Origin: Takakia lepidozioides
Taxonomy: Eukaryota; Plantae; Bryophyta
DNA: 64,000 nucleotides
Reading direction: 5' to 3'
Assembly: GCA_030704615.1 (NCBI GenBank)
Contig: CM060734.1
Location: 20,770,001-20,834,000 of the forward strand
The notes below the pieces were generated by a model. It had not been told where the DNA came from, searched no databases, and was given only the letters and a program-made list of their open reading frames with translations. The stretch's first letter is position 1; each line of letters starts with the position of its first letter. The position numbers and the translations under genes are program-made. Positions 1 through 11,790 of the stretch are shown piece by piece.

Positions 1-795
1 AAAGTGCCGGTACGAGCACTAGCGATATTAGCGGGTATACGAGACAAGGTGTGCGGTTTAGGCCACCTTCACCTCCTGCGTCTTCTACGGAAGGTTCTGA
101 TTTGGATTGTGAATCAGGAGGACTCACACCGGCGGTGCAAGTTGTTTTCTTGCCATTGTTGTGGGACACAATGGAGGAGATGTATGGAGCCACCAAGGGG
201 CCACGTAGGTACTCTGGGGCGATGGGCACCATTGAGTTGGATGATTTTATCCAAGAGTTTGATAGTTGGTATAACTTGCAGCAAATGCGCAATCCACAAC
301 TATTACGCCTTTTATGGCATGGAAAGGGCTGTTTCAGCACCTTGAGGGGCCGCCCATAGATGATTACCATGAGTTTAGGCGGGTGTTGAGATCGAGGAGT
401 GGAGGATGTACTAGTCACCGGACTATGTCTCCATCACTAGAGGCACTAGAGGCACAAGGGCAACAGCCACACCGGCAGCTGCATCAGCAGCAGCAGCTAC
501 AACAGCAGCTTCCACGAGCAGTAGTGGGACTAGTGGTACAGCAACTACGACGTCCACCCAAGCTACTGCTGCACCAGCACCAGTGGCGGTGCCTGCCTTC
601 AACCCTGTTGTGGAGTTCTTCGAAGAGTTGAGAAGGAACTACCAAGGGATGAGGACAGAGAAGTTGAGGAGCTTGCAAGAGTTCCAGAGGAAGCCTACTG
701 AGAGTTTGAGGGAGACTTTCACTCACATGAGGCACTTGATTAATGTAACCCAAGGGGTTACGGAGGCTCAGGCAGTCCAGTTCTGGTACAGGATA
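1..795 (+). pseudogene. Family B gag fragment (frameshifted)
   Basis: Peptides TIELDDFIQEFDSW, MAWKGLFQHLEGPP and FQRKPTESLRE...AQAVQFWY match B2 gag at about 11975-12740. Confidence 0.85.
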
Positions 796-1521
796 TGTCG
801 CGGCCCTTTGCCTTGAGGGCAGGGGGTCGGGACGCAGAGGGGCTGCCCCTGTGGTGGGGGCAGTGGCAGCAATAGGTACGGGGGGCTGAAGCACCCTTGA
901 GTGCCCAAGGCACTCAAGGAGGCGGAGGCGCTCACTAGGTGGAGCCCCGCACACCGGGTTGCGGTGGGGGTGGCTCCACAAGGGGTGGTGGTAGCTTAGT
1001 GGGACTTAGTGGGGGATGGCATAGGACTCACCATGGGGCGGAGACCTGGTGGTGGGAGTCGTGGGGAGTCTTGGGACTCACCACGGTCCAATGGGGCTGT
1101 GGTGGGTGGGCCAAGACTCACCGCGACTCATCACCGGGAATCGAGGGTCTTCGTGGTGGTTCGCCATAAAATGGCATGGTTGTTTGTGAAACCCCCGCGG
1201 ACAGTCACATAAGTATATATAGGGAGTAGTAACCCCGAGAATGGTGCAAGCCCGTTGGTGACCAAAAACTAGTGAGTAAGCAAGCGAGCCGGAAAGCGAC
1301 CAAAGAGTGGGGAGCTATTCTGGACTGCCATCTACCAAAGGGAATTTCCACTAGGCCCAAATTGGTGGAGGGTCTGTTGGGGGAAGAAAGGGGGACCGTT
1401 ATGTCCTGGTGAGCAGCCGAAGCTCCGAGTTGGCCCGGCGGCCAGGTTGGGAGTTAGGCGCACGCATCAAAGCGAGTAACTATGACTTGAAGGGGAGCTT
1501 ACCGAAGTGAGGTGCGCGACA
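796..1521 (+). repeat. 5' LTR of A1
   Basis: Termini are TGTCGCG...CGCGACA. Homologous to 34381-35106 and 40617-41338 (reverse complement). Confidence 0.92.
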
Positions 1522-1523
1522 CT

Positions 1524-1535
1524 TGGTATCAGAGC
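1524..1535 (+). promoter_or_regulatory. Primer binding site (tRNA-iMet)
   Basis: TGGTATCAGAGC lies 2 nt after the LTR end. Confidence 0.92.
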
Positions 1536-1576
1536 TTAGAGTTCAGTACGCGATCGTCATTGGGATCGGCCTCATC

Positions 1577-4500
1577 ATGGGGTCGGGCAAGCCAAAGTGA
1601 AAGCGGAACGACCCGAAAGATGATGATCCTGGTGAGCCCGATGGGGATGACGTGTCACCGAAGCGGCCATTTGAGAAAGCGATGTATGCTTTTGAAAATG
1701 AGGCCACTCAAGAACGGGAGGAATCTGAGGAGTCGGAGCCCGAGGAATCTCTGAGAGCTCCGACAGACCAACAGATGCCTCCCATGCCAAAAGCCTTTTG
1801 GGAAAGGTTGTTGGCGCAGTTTGGTGGGACGTTGAAAGACGTGTTGAAGGCGGCTAATGTCACTTCCACTAAGGCAAAATTTAAGGTGAAGCCTAAGGAA
1901 CCCGGCACCTTCGAGGGCATCCAAAATCGGAAGGCACTCAACACATGGCTCTTGGAGCTAGAGCAGTACTTCCGGGCGGCCAAGTTGAGTGATGAGGAAT
2001 GGGTGGAATGGGTGGAAGTGGCTCCCACCTATTTGAGGGGCTATGCTCAACAATGGTGGCAAAAACGCCTTCACGACCGAGGTCCAAACCCAGAAACCTT
2101 GAATTGGAGTGGGTTCAAGGAACTGATGAAGAGACAGTTTGTGCCCCTCAACGCGTCCTGGCTTGCCCGGGACAAGATGAGGAATCTGAAGCAAACGGAT
2201 GACATTCAAGGATATGTTCAGGCTTTCAATGTGCTATTGCTCGAAGTCGCGGACATGGCAGAACCAGAAATGGTCTTCAATTTTGTGGCGGAACTGGCCC
2301 CATGGGCCAGACGGAAGTTGGAGGAGAAGCCACCTAAGACTTTGAACGAGGCAATTGAGAGGGCTGAATGTTTCTCGGATGTCCCTAGAGGCGAAAGACA
2401 AGGCCATACGGAGCTGAACCACAAGAAGACCCAGCGGGAGGGTGACACCTTTTGACCGGAAAAGAAGTGGGATAGGCCACGCGGTGACAATGGCACTTGG
2501 AAATCAAAGGGAGGGCCTTCACACGCCAAGACGACACCCGGTGCTCCAAAAGGAAAATCAGGTGCGACACCTTATGGCGGACAAAATGTGACCTTCGATG
2601 GAGTGTGCTTCAATTGTGGGGAGTCCGGGCACATGGCCAAGAAGTGTACGAATCCCCGGCAATTGAATGTGACTCGGGCAACCACGGAGTTGTCCGAAGC
2701 TTCCATCAGCCGCTTGGTGGAGGTGGTGGTCGCCAAGACTTGCAAGGTAGGCAACTACTCTTGTGAGTTGTATCAGGAAACTGGCGCCTTGCGTAAAGGG
2801 AGTCAGTTACTGTTTGTGAGTGGGATAATCTCCGGAACTAACGTGTCATTGTTGGTGGACACAGGAGCGTCGCACTCCTTCATGACACCGGCAACGGCAC
2901 GAAAGCTGGGACTCTCGACGAGTGATGTGGGGGCCTCTATTGAGGTGCGTTCTGCTAAAGGAGAACCACAATTGGCGACGAGGTTGGCGTTCGATGTTCC
3001 TCTTCAGCTCGGGAGTTGGGAGGGACGTGAGAACTTCACCATTTGCGACATCGATGGAGTGGATCTCATTTTGGGGATGACATTTTTTAGCAGATCCGGA
3101 GCGGTCATAGATGGCCGCAAGAGGGTAGTCACACTACTGTGTGGGAATGGTGGCGAAGTTTTACGAGTGTCGGAAATGCCCAACCCCGTGGGAGGGCGAA
3201 TAAACCTTCTGTCAGCAAGGGAGTGGGCCGTGGAGGAGTCACACGAGCCCCAATTTTTGCTTTATGTAAGACAAGTGAAGGGAGAAGGCGATGGGGAGCC
3301 GAGCCCAGATTGGATCAAGGGGATTTTGGAGAAATACTAGGATGTGATGCCGGAGGAATTACCAAGCGGCTTGCCAGCGCGAAGAGGAGTTGACCACAAG
3401 ATTGAGGTGATACCGGGATCGGAGCCGCCTGCCAAGGCGCCCTACCAATTGAGTCACAGAGAGTTGGTCGAGCTGAAGACTCAGCTCAAGGATCTAATGT
3501 CAAAGGGGTACATCCGGCCGAGTAAGTCACCTTACGGAGCCCCGGTGCTACTCGCAGACAAGAAGGATGGGACGCTGCAGATGTGTGTCGATTACAGGGC
3601 TCTAAATAAGGTGACTATAAAAAACTAGTACCCTTTGCCAAGGATCAACGACCTCTTTGATCGGTTGGTAGGAGCAAAGTATTTCAGCCGGATCGATTTG
3701 CGCTCGGGCTACCATCAAATTCGAGTGGCGGAAGGAGACGAGGAGTAGACCGCGTGCAGGACAATGTATGGTTCATATGAGTTCTTGGTGATGCCTTTTG
3801 GGCACACCAACGCACCCGCGACCTTTAGCACGCTAATGAACAGCCTTTTCCAGAAGTGGTTGGATGACTTTGTGATCGTGTACATCAACGACATCTTGGT
3901 GTACTCGAAAACAAAGGAAGAGCACCTGGAGCACCTAAAAAGGGTGTTCCAGAAATTGCGGGAAGAGAAGTTGTATGCTAAAGCTTCAAAGTGCAAATTC
4001 GGGTCACGAAAGTAGAGTTCTTGGGGCATGTGATTACACAAGATGGGATCAAAATGGATGACAGAAAGGTGAGGGCGATTTTGGACTGGGAGCCTCCGAC
4101 TTCGGTCACGGGAGTGCGATCCTTCCTAGGACTCGCCTCCTATTACCGGAAGTATGAGAGAAATTTCGCCATGATCGCGGGGCCGCTGTCAGACCTCATG
4201 TGTAAATCCAAAGTCTGGGTATGGAACACCTTTTGTGGCCAAGCTTTTGCCGAGTTGAAGCAGCGGATGGCGGAAGCTCCAGTCCTCAAAATTCCGGAGT
4301 TCGACCGGCCATTTGAGATCCATACGGATACGTCGGACTTCACAATTAGGGGTGTACTCATGCAGGATGGACGTCTAGTGGCTTACGAAAGTAAGAAATT
4401 GAATGAAGTGGAGCGACGGTGGCCTACGCACGAGAAAGAAATGAAGGCGGTGGTGCATTGCCTTGAGCTTTGGCGCCACTATATTGGTTCCAACCCGGTG

Positions 4501-6128
4501 AAGGTGTTCACGGACAATGCCACAGTGAAGTATTTTGCCACGCAGCCTAAGTTGTCCCCAAAACAAATTAGGTGGCAAGACACTTTGGCACTGTTTGACG
4601 TGGATATCTAGTACAAACTGGGACGGGACAATGTGGTGGCCGATGCTTTAAGTAGAAAGCAGCAGCTCATGATGGTGTACAGGGGCGAGACGGCGTTCCA
4701 AAGGAAGATCCGGAAGGCTTACCGGAAGGATGAGATGGCGAAGTCCGTGATGCGGGACTTGAGGATGGGGGTTAAATTGCAGTTCCACTTGCAAAATGGA
4801 CTGCTCTGGTACAAGCAAAAGCGTCTCTACGTGCCGAAGGGAGGGATCAGAGATAGTCTCTTAAGAGAATGCCATGATGGTCCGCTTGCGGGCCACGGCG
4901 GAGCCAAGCGCACCGCGGCACTCTTGAAGAAAGAGTATTTCTGGCCCAAACTGATATGTGAGTATGTCAAGACATGCACCACATGCCAACAAAACCAGAG
5001 CGAGTACAAAAAGCAAGCGGGGCTGTTACAACCCTTGCCGATTCCAGAGGGGTCTTGGGAAAGTGTCTCGATGGATTTCATGACTGCTATGCCGCTGTCA
5101 AAAGGATTCGATGCAATCATGGTGGTGGTGGATAGGTTCAGTAAAATGGGCCATTTCATCCCCACCAAGGAGATGGCAACGGCACAGGAGATGGGGCGAC
5201 TTTACTTCGCCCATGTCTTCAAGCATCATGGACTCCCGAAGGATATTGTCTCGGACCGCGATCCAAAGTTTACGAGTAAATTTTGGAGGGCACTTTGGAA
5301 GAAGATGGGGACGAGGCTCAAGATGAGCACCGCCTTCCCACCTACGACAGACGGCCAAACGGAAAGGGTGAATTCCGTGGTGAAGCAGATCTTGCGGAAT
5401 TACGTGTCAGCGGACCAATCGGACTGGGTGGAGCACTTGGACGCGGCAGAGTTCTGTTATAATAACACAAAACACCCGCAACGGGTGTTTCCCCCTTTCG
5501 TATTGGTCTATGGAAAAGCACCTCTAGTGCCGACAAGTTGGGCTACCCAAGACGTTGAGGAACCGGCAGCAGCGGCAGTGCTGGAAGAACGCGATCGTTT
5601 GTTGAAGCTCGCAAAGTACAACATTGCCAAAGCTAGGAAACGGTATGAACGGCAAGCAAATCGGAAGCAGAGGGAGGTTAAGTTTGAGGCAGGCACGGAG
5701 GTCTGGTTGAGCATCAATTTTTCGACTACCTCCGGAAGTGAGTCCACCCTCCGTATGCGGGACCCTTTCGCATCCGGAAGGTTATGAATGAGTAGTATGA
5801 ATTGGAGCTGCCGGCAAACAGCAAGGTGCTACCGGTATTCCACGTCTCCCTTTTGAAGCCTTACTTCAAAGATGAAGCGCATCCGAATCGGCATCAAATG
5901 TTGCACCTGCCACCTGTGCTGTTGGATCATGAAAATGAACCTGAGTATGAGGTGGAGGCAGTGCTTAAGTCGAGGAGGTTCAAGAATCAAGAAACGGAGT
6001 ATCTCGTGAATGGAAGGGCTATCATATCATCATGTGGAGCATCTCGGGTGCGTGCCTCAGAAATGAGAAACGCATCCGAGGCGGTTGCAGCTTTCGAAGG
6101 GCGACCTCAAAAGCGGAAGAAGCGTTGA
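1577..6128 (+). pseudogene. A1 gag-pol (Gag, CCHC knuckle, protease, RT, RNase H, integrase, chromodomain) with stops and frameshifts
   Basis: Motifs [36 protein letters not shown] (YIDD mutated), AYESKKL, SMDFM, VSDRD, DGQTER, PVFHVSLLK and EYEVEAVL. Confidence 0.92.
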
Positions 6129-6641
6129 TGGGGACATCAACCTTGGAGCATGGGGGAGGAAATGCATGCTTAGCCCGGCTTAGCTAGCTCAAGAATCCGA
6201 TTGCAAAACTTGTATTGTACAAATTTTGTTATAAATGAAATGGTTTCCAAATGTTGTGTGTCATATTTTGTTTGGAATGGTGATGCATGGTTTGGTTGGC
6301 TAGTGTGTAGAATGCATGCTAGCTTACAAAAGTGGGAGAGGTAAATTGGGTTAATCGTGTATTTGCGCAGTGCTAAAATCGGGTGACTCCCACCCAAGGG
6401 GCAAGGAAACTTGCGCCTTCTTTGGGAGTTCACGTGCTAGTTCGCACCTGGCGCGTGCGTGTACTACAACTGCACTACCGAGGGGGTTGTCTTGTAGTGC
6501 GGGCTAACGTGGAAGCTACATGCTTCCGTTCACGTACTATAATCGTGTAGCCTCGGGACGAAGTCGAAGTGCAGCTTCGGCGTGTTCCTGTACCTCAGGC
6601 CAACATTCCAAGGCGGACCCAATTGTAGTGATTAGCGCACC

Positions 6642-7229
6642 ATGGTGACATCTGGAGTTGTCATGTTAGACGCCCAGGATGGCATTTTCTATTTGAGTGG
6701 ACCGAGAAGCAAGAGGTACCGGCCACTGCGAGTCTTGTTGGACTCGGGAGCTCAGCCATTGATGCTGGGCAGAGCTGCTATTGCAGGCTTGGGCCTCACG
6801 GAGGCGGATATGGAGCCGTGCCCTTTCCAGATACAGACATCTCTAGGAGGATTAGAGCAGGCTCAGGGCATGACACGGCGGGAGTTGGGGATCAGACTAC
6901 AGCCGGATCATCCTACAGATGGCTCAGTGATGAGAGCCATGGCCATTGTGACAGACGCGGTCTCGTACGATGTCCTTGTTGGTGGGGGTGTGGTGTACCC
7001 CATGGGCTTCACCCTGGATTTTTTGGAGGAGTCAGCTTCCTATAGGCCTGGATGGCAGTCAGGGGAGGGCCGATGTGTGCAGCTCCCTGTGACGTTCATA
7101 GGAGGAGTTACAGTTGCCCAGCGAGGCAAGATGTCGATACTGACAACATTCACAGCTGCAATGAGTTGGCCTGGAGAGTTGCTTGAGGGCAACGCTCATT
7201 CAGAGGATGTGTCGCCTCCGGGAGAGTAG
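6642..7229 (+). pseudogene. B1 retropepsin aspartic protease region
   Basis: RVLLDSGAQ catalytic motif and a SYDVLVG C-terminal motif. Confidence 0.85.
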
Positions 7230-7458
7230 GATGACATGTATGGTATGGTGGAGTTGCCTGCCATGGTTGCTCACACTCCATTGTGGGGCTCGAGCAAGGA
7301 CTTGCAGCGGGTTGCTGATCGACGGGTGCAACAAGCCTGGGTAGAGGCTTTTGTACCGTCAGGAGAGGAGGACAGTGTAGGGATTGCACTAGGACCACCT
7401 CATTTGTCAGCATTGGACACCACACCGATCGTATGGTAGTGTCCGGATGAAGGCATTG

Positions 7459-8400
7459 GACGTGTTTGGCGGGATCAGCACCGGATTGGCTGTTGTGCTA
7501 CATGCAGGTATATGGGTACGGCGTTACTTGTATGTAGAGAGGGATGAAACTGCACGACGCGTCTCACTCCGTCATGTTGCTCAGTTGGTGCAGTAGTACC
7601 TTGAGTTGTTGCTGGTGTCTGCGGTTCGTGGATATCAACAGGCCTTGCCAGCAGACATTTCGTTGCTGGGGGCACAGGATCTGGAGCGGGTTGGCTCCAT
7701 TGATTTGGTAGTGGCAGGTTGGCCCTGCAAAGGGTATTCATCAATGGCAATGGATTGCGAGACTCGAGGTCGGGTCTGTTTTGGGAGATGGTGCGGGTTT
7801 GCGCCACTTACAGCTTCATCAAGCTGTATCTCCAGCATACATCTTGGAGAATGTGCCACTGATGGGCAATTCTCGGGCCAGGGTGATGGCCAGTGTGCAT
7901 CAAGTCCGGTCGTGGCTTGGGTCAGCAGTGTTGCTGGATGCAGTTGCAGTAGGGTTGCGGGCTCATCGTCCACGATTATGGTGGACTAACTTGATGCCAT
8001 CCGCATTGCTCAAGCGTGCATTTGATGGGGTGCAGCGGCCAGCACACCTCACAGTTGATAGCATCTTAGATACAGGGAGGCAGTCTCAGCATGTGAGACA
8101 CGATGACCCTTCGCCTTTGGCAGTGGTCAACAAGGTGGGTCAACCACGAGCAACACTACCTACACTGCGCAGCTTCCCAGGATCACATGCTTTCCGGGAT
8201 AGTGGATCTGGGCTCCTGTGGGATGCTCACTTGCAGCAGTTAGTGGAGCCTAATGCCGACGAGCAAGAGCGGGCTATGGGTTTTTCTATTGGGACAACGG
8301 CAGTGCCTTCTCTTTCTGAGGCATCACGTCGTCAGGTGTTGGGGCAAGCGATGGATCTCAATTGCTTGACCTGGATTATCAGCTTGGCTATGGCTGAGCA
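7459..8400 (+). pseudogene. B1 C5 cytosine DNA methyltransferase domain (DNMT3-like) inside the polyprotein
   Basis: Manual translation across frameshifts gives motif I DVFGGISTGL, II YLYVERD, III ADIS, IV DLVVAGWPCKG, V GLRDSRSGLFWE, VI YILENV, VIII AHRPRLWWTNL, IX EQERAMGF and X RRQVLGQAMD. Confidence 0.9.
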
Positions 8401-8779
8401 ACGTAGAGTGCGGAGTGCACTCCCCTTGACGGTCTCTCTGCCTACCGAGACGGTACAGGAAGTGGGTGGGGGCGAGCCGGTGAGGACCACGGGGTGTAGA
8501 CATCCATGGCACACGTGGGAGGTGCTCGAGGTTCAGAGGGAGTTGGCAGCCAAGGCGGCTGTGATGGATGAGGTTGGGGATTCTTCTCGGGTTGAGGAGG
8601 TCCTCAAGGATGAGATGATGGGGCAGGATGAGGCCTTGTCATTGACTGAGTAGGCAGGGAGTACTGCTCATGAGGTTGCGGCATAGCAACCTCGGGACGC
8701 GTCTCCTACCTCTAAGTCTGCTGGACTTAATGTTGCAGTTACGGAGGACAATTGAGAGCCTGACATTGGACCCATTATC

Positions 8780-9226
8780 ACTGGAGGAGAGAGACGACGT
8801 ATACGGCGGTTCCTGAGGGCTTACAAGAATTGCTTTGCCTTCAGTTTGAATGATTTGGGAGCACTGAAGGGTCAGGAGATTCGTATTGACGGACACGCTA
8901 ATCTTTCGGAGACCCTATAGATACAGTGACATGGAGAGGTCTTTGATTCAGATGAGGACTCAAGATCTCTGGGAGGCTGGTTTGGTGGAGCTTTCTGGTG
9001 GAAAGTATGCTTCAGCCACGGTGATGCTAGCCAAAAATGATGTCTATGACAATTGGACGGAGAGACGTATGTGCGGTGACTACCGGGCTGTAAATCGTCA
9101 GACCAAGTCCGATAAGTATGCCATGCCCACACCTGAGGAGATCTTTGATGCCATTGGGCATGCCAAGGTCTTTAGCACTCTGGACTTGCAGTCCGGATAT
9201 CACCAGTTGCCGATCAAGGAGGCGGA
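8780..9226 (+). pseudogene. B1 reverse transcriptase, N-terminal half
   Basis: Motifs RRPYRYS, RMCGDYRAVN and FSTLDLQSGYHQLPI. Cut by the B2 insertion. Confidence 0.88.
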
Positions 9227-10019
9227 TGTTATGGTTTTATTTGTGATTAGTTAGAAATAATTATTTCTAACTAATTAGTACATTATATATTTATATTTGT
9301 ATTTTGTTGGCATTGGGACTTCATTTGGTTCCATGTGCCAAGTGAGGTGACGAACCTCACTTAGGACGTGGGGAGGGTGTTGCAAGGTTTGCAAGAAGAA
9401 AGCCTTGTGGTGTTTATGTATTCAAGGAGAGCCTTATTGAAAAGTTTGAGAGCTTGTGAAGAAGCTCTTGTTCTGCAAGTGTTGCAGGGTTTGAGGAGTT
9501 CAAGAAGAGTTCGGGTGTTAAGGAAGCAAGCGGTGCATGTGTGGAGCATGTGTGGAGCATGGTTTCAGCTTGTAGGAGTCTTCAACTTCATGCTTAGGAG
9601 AGCTATGAGTGGAGGTAGACATTTGATTTCTCTTTGGGGCAGAATAGTGTATTTGTGGAGCATGCTTTGAGTTGGGGTTTCAATCCCAAGCTTGGGAAGA
9701 GCATGTCTATGGAAGTGGCAAGTGCAGGGCTGGATTAGGAGCTCTAAGAAGTGAACTATGGCCATAGAAAGAAACACTATGAGTGCATGCGATGGCTCGA
9801 AGAGGGTATGCCATAGAAAGCTCAATAGCTTGTTCTATGTTTGTTTCAATAAGTTCCATAGAGAAAGAGAGCTTGTTGTGTGGCAAATAGCTTGCTCAGG
9901 GAGTTAGATGCACTCTTGGTGGCCTATTGATGCTCAAGAAACCAAGAACAACACCTCTGGTTGCTCCATAGAAGCCATAGCTCGTTGCAGCAATCGCAGA
10001 GGCAAAGCGGCGCAAACCC

Positions 10020-11190
10020 TAGCTTGGGAACGCGTGGGAACGCAAAAGAACGCGTGAGAACGCTTGGGAACTCCTTGGGAACTCGTGGGAACATTGTCCC
10101 AGAGTTGGGAGTACCACCGTTGTCCAATCGGATGAACTATTGAGCCAGTGGATGAAAATCGGCGCTCCTGGATGAGAATCGGTTGCAGTGGATGAAACTG
10201 TGCCAAAGGATGAAATCTCGTCAGCGGATGAAATATTGCGCTATCGGATGAAAAATCACGGCGACGGATGAAACTCCGTCAGTGGATGAAATCGTGGCAG
10301 TGGATGAACTATCGCGCTATCAGAGGAAAAATCACGGCCAGATGAAACTGCATCAGCGGATCAACTATCGTGCCATCAGATGAAAAATCGTGGAGACGGA
10401 TGAAACTGCGCCAGCGGATCAAATCATGCCAGTGGATGAAATATCGCACCGACGGATGAACTATCGCGGCGGATGAAGTATCGGACCTACGGATGAGAAA
10501 TCGCGGTTTTGGATGAAATTTGGTCAGTGACGGATGAAAAATCGATTAACTATGGATATTTTTGGAGTCTTTTGGGGCCTGCTTTGAGGACTATTTGGGG
10601 TCTATTGAGGCCAATATCTTACAGGTATTGGGGCCTGTTTGAGGACTATTTGGGATCTATTGAAGCCAATATCTTGCAGGCTTGTGGAGCCTGCTTGGGG
10701 TTGTTTGAAGGACTATTTGGGGTTTTTTGAGGCCAATGTTTGGCAGGCCTGTGGAGCCTTGTGAGGGCTGGTTGGAGGACGATTGGAGGTCTTTGGAGGC
10801 CCATATTGGGCAGGCTTATGGAGTTTTCTAAGAGCTCTTTGGGGGACTATTGGAGGTCCTTGGGGTCAAATACTTGGCAGATTTGAGGAGCTTCTTAAGG
10901 GCTGTTGGAGGTCCTTGGAGGCCAATATTTGGCAGATTTGATGAGCTTCTTAAGGGCTGTTGGAGGACTATTGGAGGTCCTTGGAGGCCAATACTTGGCA
11001 GATTTGAGGAGCTTCTTAAGGGTTGTTGGAGGACTGTTGGAGGTCCTTGGAGGCCAATACTTGGCAGATTTGAGGAGCTTCTTAAGGGCTGTTTGGAGGA
11101 CTCTTGGAGACCATATTGGGCAAGCTTGTGGAGCTATCGTGAGGGCTGGTTGGAGACCATGGAGGCCACTAATTGGCGGGCGCCTAAGGC
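10020..11190 (+). repeat. Three adjacent tandem arrays in the B2 leader
   Basis: GGGAAC-type ~10-bp units (10020-10105), GGATGAA-anchored ~20-bp units (10130-10545) and TTGGAGG-based 55/66-bp units (10560-11190). A mirror copy lies at about 28780-29860. Confidence 0.85.
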
Positions 11191-11790
11191 CTTTTGGTGG
11201 ACTGTTCAGAGTCCAAGTTTGCGAACTTCTTGAACCTCGGTGGGTCTATGTTAGGGGCTGATTGAGGGCAGATTTCAGAAGTTCATGGCAATAATTTGAG
11301 GGCTCTTGAGAGTTATTTGAGAGGTTATTTAAGGATAGTCTTATCTATTGCTTAAGCAATAGTGAATGTGAAGATAGGGGGAGTAATGGGATAAGAGCAT
11401 TCTGGGCTTAGAGATTGCTTTAGCTTCTCTTCTCTATAGTCTTCCATCATTCTTATAGGCCAAAGCTTTTCCGTAAGCGGATGTAGAGCTGGTTTGGATA
11501 GAGACTTGGCCATCTTGCAAGTTTATTGAAGCCGCAAGGAGATCGATGGATTTAAGCTGTGGGAGATGTTGTTGTTTGAGTTTCCTGTGTTTGGATCCTC
11601 CTCCCACACATGCATGCTTGACTGTGCGCCATGCTAGTTTGGTTTGGGCGCTTGCTTTTATAGGTGGTTGTGCCGGAAATATTGTGGCCGGCCAATCCTA
11701 GAGCGTACTGTCGGTGGTGAGACTGGGGTGATGACCAGCAGACCATCATTGTTTCTCTTATGGTGAGGCTGGGTTGATGACCAGCAGACC

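Larger units (their letters stand above)
796..6640 (+). mobile_element. Ty3/Gypsy chromovirus, family A copy 1 (possibly Galadriel-like), 3'-truncated
   Basis: 5' LTR, iMet PBS and gag-pol with a chromodomain. Colinear with A2 (34381-41338, minus strand) up to ...gcgcac at 6640. The 3' LTR is missing. Confidence 0.9.

Noticed and set aside
10130-10545. Regularly spaced GGATGAA repeats as a CRISPR-like array
   Set aside because: The intervening sequences are themselves repetitive, the units are only ~20 bp, there are no cas genes, and the context is a eukaryotic TE.
10850-11261. Repeat-peptide ORFs (also at 28706-29238)
   Set aside because: They are translations of a non-coding tandem array and are open in several frames.
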